Shown here: piece after piece, positions 57,946 through 64,000 of the stretch
Layout of the letters: the number at the start of each line of letters is the position of its first letter
Position numbering within the stretch: position 1 is the stretch's first letter
NCBI GenBank assembly: GCA_964016885.1
Contig: OZ024741.1
Span: 131,688,001 to 131,752,000, forward strand
DNA: 64,000 bases
Source of the DNA: Eledone cirrhosa
Taxonomy: Eukaryota
Direction: 5' to 3'
Notes under the pieces: model-generated
Told to the model about the DNA's origin: nothing
Seen by the model: only the letters and a program-made list of their open reading frames with translations
Database searches by the model: none
Position numbers and translations under genes: made by a program

Positions 57946-59265
57946 GATATTTGGCTACATGGAGACTACGAAAAGATTAAACAGCAGAAACTTATACCTG
58001 CTTTACAGCTTCCATCGTTTACCGTTGTTTCTTCTCTGTCAATCTTGATTTTGTTTCTTAACTGTAAGTGATACTATATACCTCTTCTAGTCTGTCATGA
58101 CTTACTAGTCATATATAGACATTTAAATTGAGTAAATAAATAAACAAATGAATATTTGTGTACAAAATCTTAGAATTAGCTCACTAGATTTTCAGTGGTT
58201 GAAACTTGAATATGTGAGTACTACAGTTAGAAAAAAATGTTTATAATAGTCGATTACTATAAATATTATTTAAGAAAATTATTTTAGCTGTTTCTACCTT
58301 TGAATATCTCACGTTTTCAAATTTCAAACACTCCTAGTATTTCGACAATTCATAAAGTTTCTTTGTGGATATTTAGAAGATATACATATCTTCTGATGAG
58401 AGCACCAAAATACTCTTTTTTTCACATAAATAGCACTAGTAGCTGGAGAGGCTTATTATATGCTTCTTTTCTTAGTGCCATAAAGAATAGCTATGCTCCG
58501 TTAAGGGGGGGGGGGCTTGAAGCTCTTCGCCGTCATACTATAGTACGCTTTCTTCCACCAGTTGGTTGGGACTTTGTACATGTATACTACCTGCCTAGTG
58601 AGGCATTGAGAATACAATGGACACTCATTTCCGATGTGGCTTTTGCAGTTTGATGATGTGGTCAAGTTGTTGTGACCAGTGGCTTAGTGCTTGTTGTGGT
58701 TAGACCTATTGCATAGAGATAAGCTCTGTGGTATGTTAGGCATTGTTATGTACGGCAGCATCACGTTGTTCTTGTTGAAAATCCTGTGGTAACGTTGCTG
58801 CGATGTAAAGAGCATCTGGATCATTCCAAAGAACTACCTAGCGAGGAGGTGTCACTACTTTGACATTGTAGGGTAGTTTGTACTATGTGGTCTCACTGTT
58901 CCTAATCATGCGGTGGTTGGTTGCCTTTTGGGTTCTGACGAATTCCATATCGTGCAGGAATCCACGGCGTCGGATGGCCTCATTATAATATGGTGCCGAA
59001 ACATTTTCTTCTTTCTGTATATCTGTATTCCAGCTATATAAATGCACACACACACGCATATATATATATATAATTCAAAATATTAATAAATGAAAAGTAT
59101 TCTCATAATCAAAATATATGAGAATACTTTTCATTTATTAATATTTTGAATAATATTAAATACTCCAGGAAGATCTCCTATCGAGTGCTTCTAATCTATT
59201 GTAAAATTGTATTCGTTGAATAATCAACGAACCATCTTTGGTTATATATATATAACAATATTTGG

Positions 59266-59327
<62 letters not shown>

Positions 59328-59388
59328 GTGAGGGTTTTTTTTACAAAATGAAAAATAACCGAGGTGTCCTATACGAGTGAAAGTATAA

Positions 59389-59604
59389 GGAAAAAAGATG
59401 AAATCGAAAATGCAACTGGAGTCTTTTTTTTTTTAAATATAAATTTATTTGGTTCCTTTACCGGTTTCGCAGCTCTTCTGCTTTTCAAAAGTAGAGTTGA
59501 GATGGAGTGTCTGTGGTTTTTCTTAAGAAACCGGTAAAGGAACCAAATAAATATATATTTTAAAAAAAAGATCCCAGTTGCATTTTCGATTTCATCTTTT
59601 TTCC
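59389..59604. mobile_element. Fold-back element (~80-bp arms) with a U3-A8 hammerhead
   Basis: ggaaaaaagatgaaatcgaaaatgcaactgg...ttcctttaccggtttc versus gaaaccggtaaaggaacc...ccagttgcattttcgatttcatctttttcc; (TA)n on the right. Confidence 0.82.
59456..59491 (-). ncRNA. Minimal hammerhead, U3-A8 variant
   Basis: ctt-TTGAAAA-gcag(aagag)ctgc-GAAAC(cg)GTA-aag; palindromic stem III ACCGGT. Confidence 0.72.
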
Positions 59605-60270
59605 CTATATATATATATAATGTATGTATGTATGTATGTATGTATGTATGTATGTATGTATGTATGTATGTATGTATGTATGTATGTATGTATGTATGTA
59701 TGTATGTATATGTGTGTATCTGCGTGTTTGTGTGTATACAAATGCAAATATATAAAGCTGTGTACGTGAGTCTGTATTTACATAGCTGCAAGACCGATAT
59801 ACAGAAAAAAGAAAATGTTTCGAATCTTATCTAAATATCGATTGATTGATATTGATCACTACATGTTATTTCGATGTAATCCGGTAACACAACAACAATA
59901 ACAAAAATATAATATAAACAATATCAACATCAGCAACATGAAATTTCTTCTTAATTTCCCCAACAATACCTCCACTTCACACCAAGACTCATCTACGTAC
60001 ACCATCACCACTGCTACTGCCATCACTTCAACCTTCTTCACCACCACCACAACCACCAAAGCATAACAACTGTAACGTGTACCACTGCCCTGAAACCAGA
60101 CAGTGGACGCCATTTTCCAGTTTACAGGAAGTGACGTAAATATATCTATACTGTATTAAGATGCTGGCCTTAAGCTGTAGTGTTCTCTAATTTTCTTAAA
60201 TCTGTGTCTTTTTTTGTTGCTCTTTAAACACTATCTATGCTTGTATTTTTGTACGTGCATATATGTATAC

Positions 60271-60341
<71 letters not shown>

Positions 60342-60759
60342 CATATATATATTTATATGTGTATGTATATAATGTTTCTCTCTCCCACTCCCCATCTTTC
60401 TCTCTCTCTCTCTCTGTTTTCTCTCTCTCTCTCTCCCAACTCTCGCACTCTTTCTCACTCTGTGCTGTGATACAAAATATGTGTTCATTCAGGGATACAT
60501 TCATGTACATATATTTGTCATTGCCACTCCTTTAACACTAATTAGCATGCATAAACTCTTCTGCATGTAATTACAAATATATACGCAGACCATGCTCTCC
60601 ACACACATAATTTGTTTACGTATTGGGAATTATGAAAAGTGGTGAACAATATTTTGATGCGATTCGTGTTGGGTATCTAATTATTCCTGTGAAGAAAGGC
60701 AGTATAGTGAAACATGTTCTGTGATAAGTGTAATATATAGCCATGTTACTGTTCTTGTT

Positions 60760-61173
60760 TTATACATGTGTGTAAAGTGTGTTCCATAAAATCTTGTGTG
60801 TTTTATAGATGCGTTAATGCTAATGACTATTATAAATGTGTTATGGGAGTATCTTCTACACCTGTATTCCGATTCCTACGTTATACATGTGTGTTAAGTT
60901 AGTGTGTTCTATTAAAATCTTGTGATGGTGTGTTTTATAGATGTGTTAATGCTAATGACTATTATAAATGTGTTATGGGAGTATCTTCTACACCTGTATT
61001 CCGATTCCTACGTTATACATGTGTGTTAAGTTAGTGTGTTCTATTAAAATCTTGTGATGGTGTGTTTTATATATGTGTTAATGCTAATGACTATTATAAA
61101 TGTGTTATGGGAGTATCTTATACACCTGTATTCCGATTCCTACGTTATACATGTGTGTTAAGTTAGTGTGTTC
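60760..61173. repeat. Tandem repeat, 132-bp unit, about 3 copies
   Basis: attataaatgtgttatgggagtatc at 60829, 60961 and 61093. Confidence 0.92.
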
Positions 61174-61530
61174 TGAGAAACTGTAATGTTGATGTATTAT
61201 GGACTTGTGTTATCTTTGTGTGTAACGTGTTATGTAGCTGCGTAATCAGCGTGCCATGTTGGTCGCTTATGTAAATATCATATAGATGAGTTTTGTAAGT
61301 GTGTTATGCGGTGTGTTATGAAGGTCTGCTTTGTTTGAGGTTTGCATAGATGTATGACATACGTGTGTCACATAGATGTGTTAGTTAGGTGTGTTTTATC
61401 GGAGTGTTATGCTCAGATTGAGCAGACGTATTATCAAAATGATTCAGAGTAAATTTTCAAGAAATTTTAGAACTGCACAAATGTTTGACACAAAATGTAA
61501 ACATAATGCACAACATTAGATTTAGAAAGT

Positions 61531-61810
61531 GGAGGTGTGTGGCCTAATAGTAATGGTGTTAGACTTACTATCAAACATGTCGTAGGTTCGATTCCTGGAC
61601 CGGGTTGTTTCTTGGGTTACGATCATAATGTCATGGGTTCAATTCCTGGACTGGGATGTTCGTTGGGTTCTTGAGCAAAACACTTCATTTCACGTTGATC
61701 CAGTATACTCGACTGAAAATAAGTACCAGCAATAGCTGTGGGCTTAACCCTGCGATGAATTGGCATAAGCACCGCTCTAATGAGCCTCCGGACTCGAGAT
61801 AAACTTTAGA
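61531..61810 (+). mobile_element. SINE family C copy with duplicated B-box segment
   Basis: ggaggtgtgtggcctaatag...ggttcgattcctggaccggg...ggttcaattcctggactggg...ttgagcaaaacacttcatttcacgttg. Confidence 0.7.
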
Positions 61811-62101
61811 CTTTTTAGATTAAACATGAGACAACCTAGGTAGGGAGTCAACTGTACGTAGAAATAATCACTGAAAGATTCCCGTTTGATCCTCCTGTCA
61901 TTTCATATATCTATGACTACATTGTCCAATGTGTTCCCCCTATTTTAAGACAGTGATTCCAGAACACTTGGCTGTTATTTCTAACAAGTCGTTGATTGAA
62001 TTCACGTACCAAGAGTTCCGAATAATGCAATCGAAATCAGAATCTCATTATGACGAAATGAACTTCTTAAGGACTCGCCTAAATACTCACATACATAATA
62101 T

Positions 62102-62136
<35 letters not shown>

Positions 62137-62375
62137 CTGTAGACAGAGAGATAGGCAGACAGATATGTATGATATATATATAGAGAGAGAGATTTAAAGA
62201 TGCTTTGCTCTACGGTAAAGCTTTCAAAAGCAAATGAAGAATTAGTTTGTCATTTGCCATTAATATTGTTTAAGCTTAACCGTAGGGGAAAGTATATTTA
62301 TAAGAATATCTACACATTACCTTTCTTAAATAAGGAGTACAAAGCTGAGTATTCTTAACATTGCATCCATATATA

Positions 62376-62484
<109 letters not shown>

Positions 62485-63084
62485 GTATATGTGCCCTAAA
62501 TACACATGCACATATCTACAGTATTTTGAAAGACAGGGCGGAAATTTTCACCACTAATCACGTGTTATATGTGTCAAAATGTAAGAGGTTGAACTCTTGT
62601 TCTTACCGTAAAACCTTTGACTTCACGAATTTAGGTTATGAACGTGTGGAGGTCAGCTGATGATAAGTTGTGCTGAAGTTCAACAATTAATTCAAGCTGC
62701 CTAACCTTTACATTTTAATTAAAGATGTTACTATGGTGGTCTGATTCCTTGAACATATGCATAAATGGAGGGAAGAGGAGATTTTTTAAATACGTGGGTG
62801 TGTGTTCGTATGTGTGCATATATGTTTGTATATATTGTGCTTACGCAATCTATGTGTGTTGGCTTAATATATGAATATGTGTGTGTGTATTTATATGTGA
62901 GTGTGTGTGTATGTGTGTGTGTGTAATTTTATATGTGAGTGCGTGCGGGGATATTTTATTACATATTGAAGATGGTTGTTCGTGTTTGGGCATGTGTTAA
63001 TGTATGTATGTGTGTGGGCATACATCTTTGCACAAGCATATATATGTATGTGTGTAGTGGAAAAGACCGATAAATGACTGCGTC

Positions 63085-63300
63085 ATCTATCAAGATGTTT
63101 TTAACGGTAGAGGCTCTCATTGTCACGTGTTCCTTTATCCGTATGTGTAGCCTCTTTATGGTAATTCCGATGTATGAGTAGCTAAAATTTTTACACGTGA
63201 TCTTATAGACAACATATGCTCTCGTGCACACTTCTGCGTTGTTGATGTGTTGGTGTCCGAGGAGCTGTCTTCACAATGAGGACCCCGAATGTGTCAGCTA
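63085..63300 (-). pseudogene. Penelope GIY-YIG endonuclease relic (different family)
   Basis: CTRAYVVYKITCKNFSYSYIGITIKRLHIRIKEH in ORF 62959..63231 minus. Confidence 0.75.
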
Positions 63301-63949
63301 AATATTCAGCTACTCCCTACAGATGGCTTGTCTGATGACAGCTGTCGTCATCTCATGTTATCCTTAGGGCAACGCACCCTCCTCAATCTTTTACGTGCTG
63401 CTGCCTTGGCATTTCGGTTTTTGCTAAGAGAAGTTGGTTAGCCGTTTTTGGTGAGAACTCTTTGGAATTCTACCACACTTGTATGTCTGCCGCTACCCAC
63501 ACCAAAATTGTAGCTTCTCAATAGAATTCAGCATGATCCAAATTGTGCCATGACAGACCCTTTGATTTATAGGTATAATTCATTTTTCTCAGCTGAGTGG
63601 ACTAAAGCAATGTGAAATGAATTGCATCGGTCACGACCACAACACGCCAGCCTGTTAAAGTATCGAACTCAAGACCTTATAACCGTGAGCATATCATCGT
63701 AACAACAAAGCCACGGAGGCAGATGCAAACACTTAAAATATAAAGTCTGTCTCAAATCCGGAGGCTCATCTAGCCCGTACTTATCCCATTTTCCGTGGCG
63801 TTAAGTGACTGGGAGTAATAGACCCTCTACCTAACTGAAAAATAATTGTGGCGATGTATGTATGTAAATGTAAACAGAAATAATAACATAGTTGGTACAG
63901 TATATGGAAGGAATATATTAGGTTAACGTTTGAAGTAGCAGGAAGAGGG

Positions 63950-63986
63950 TCTTACCATTTCGGATGCTAGTCCTTCATCAGAAGAA
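63950..63986 (-). ncRNA. Minimal hammerhead in a pLTR end (element continues beyond the window)
   Basis: ttctt-CTGATGA-a-gga(ctagca)tcc-GAAA-tgg-TA-aga; stem I weak; downstream 45 nt recur at 36393-36437 and 55152-55198. Confidence 0.6.
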
Positions 63987-64000
63987 AGAATGAGAAATAA

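Noticed and set aside
60760-61173. CRISPR-like regular repeats
   Set aside because: Whole 132-bp units repeat with no unique spacers; eukaryotic context, no cas genes

Overview
AT-rich eukaryotic (metazoan) DNA packed with microsatellites ((TA)n, (CA)n, (GA)n, (TATC)n, (TAG)n, (ACC)n) and transposon debris. The SINE/LINE repertoire looks like a coleoid cephalopod such as Octopus (inference, not verified). No host protein-coding gene can be supported, and nearly all listed ORFs are microsatellite artefacts. Supported content: an intact-looking 3' part of a Penelope-like element (RT + GIY-YIG, 41..1339) with a hammerhead ribozyme (HHR) in its 3' pLTR; two more Penelope fragments; RTE, CR1-like, Tx1/L1-like and R4/Dong-like LINE relics; two Helitron relics; a probable DIRS/Ngaro relic; many tRNA-derived SINEs; and a mariner-type MITE. 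The most striking signal is about 15 HHR or HHR-derived motifs from several unrelated sequence families. Most lie in ORF-less fold-back (inverted-repeat) units of 0.15-1.6 kb embedded in (TA)n-type tracts, nearly always with the same polarity (left arm minus, right arm plus). Several have non-canonical cores: U3-A8 in two families, C4 in both arms of one unit, and CAGUUGA in a 662-bp spacer-less palindrome. All folds and alignments were done by eye, and boundaries are approximate.
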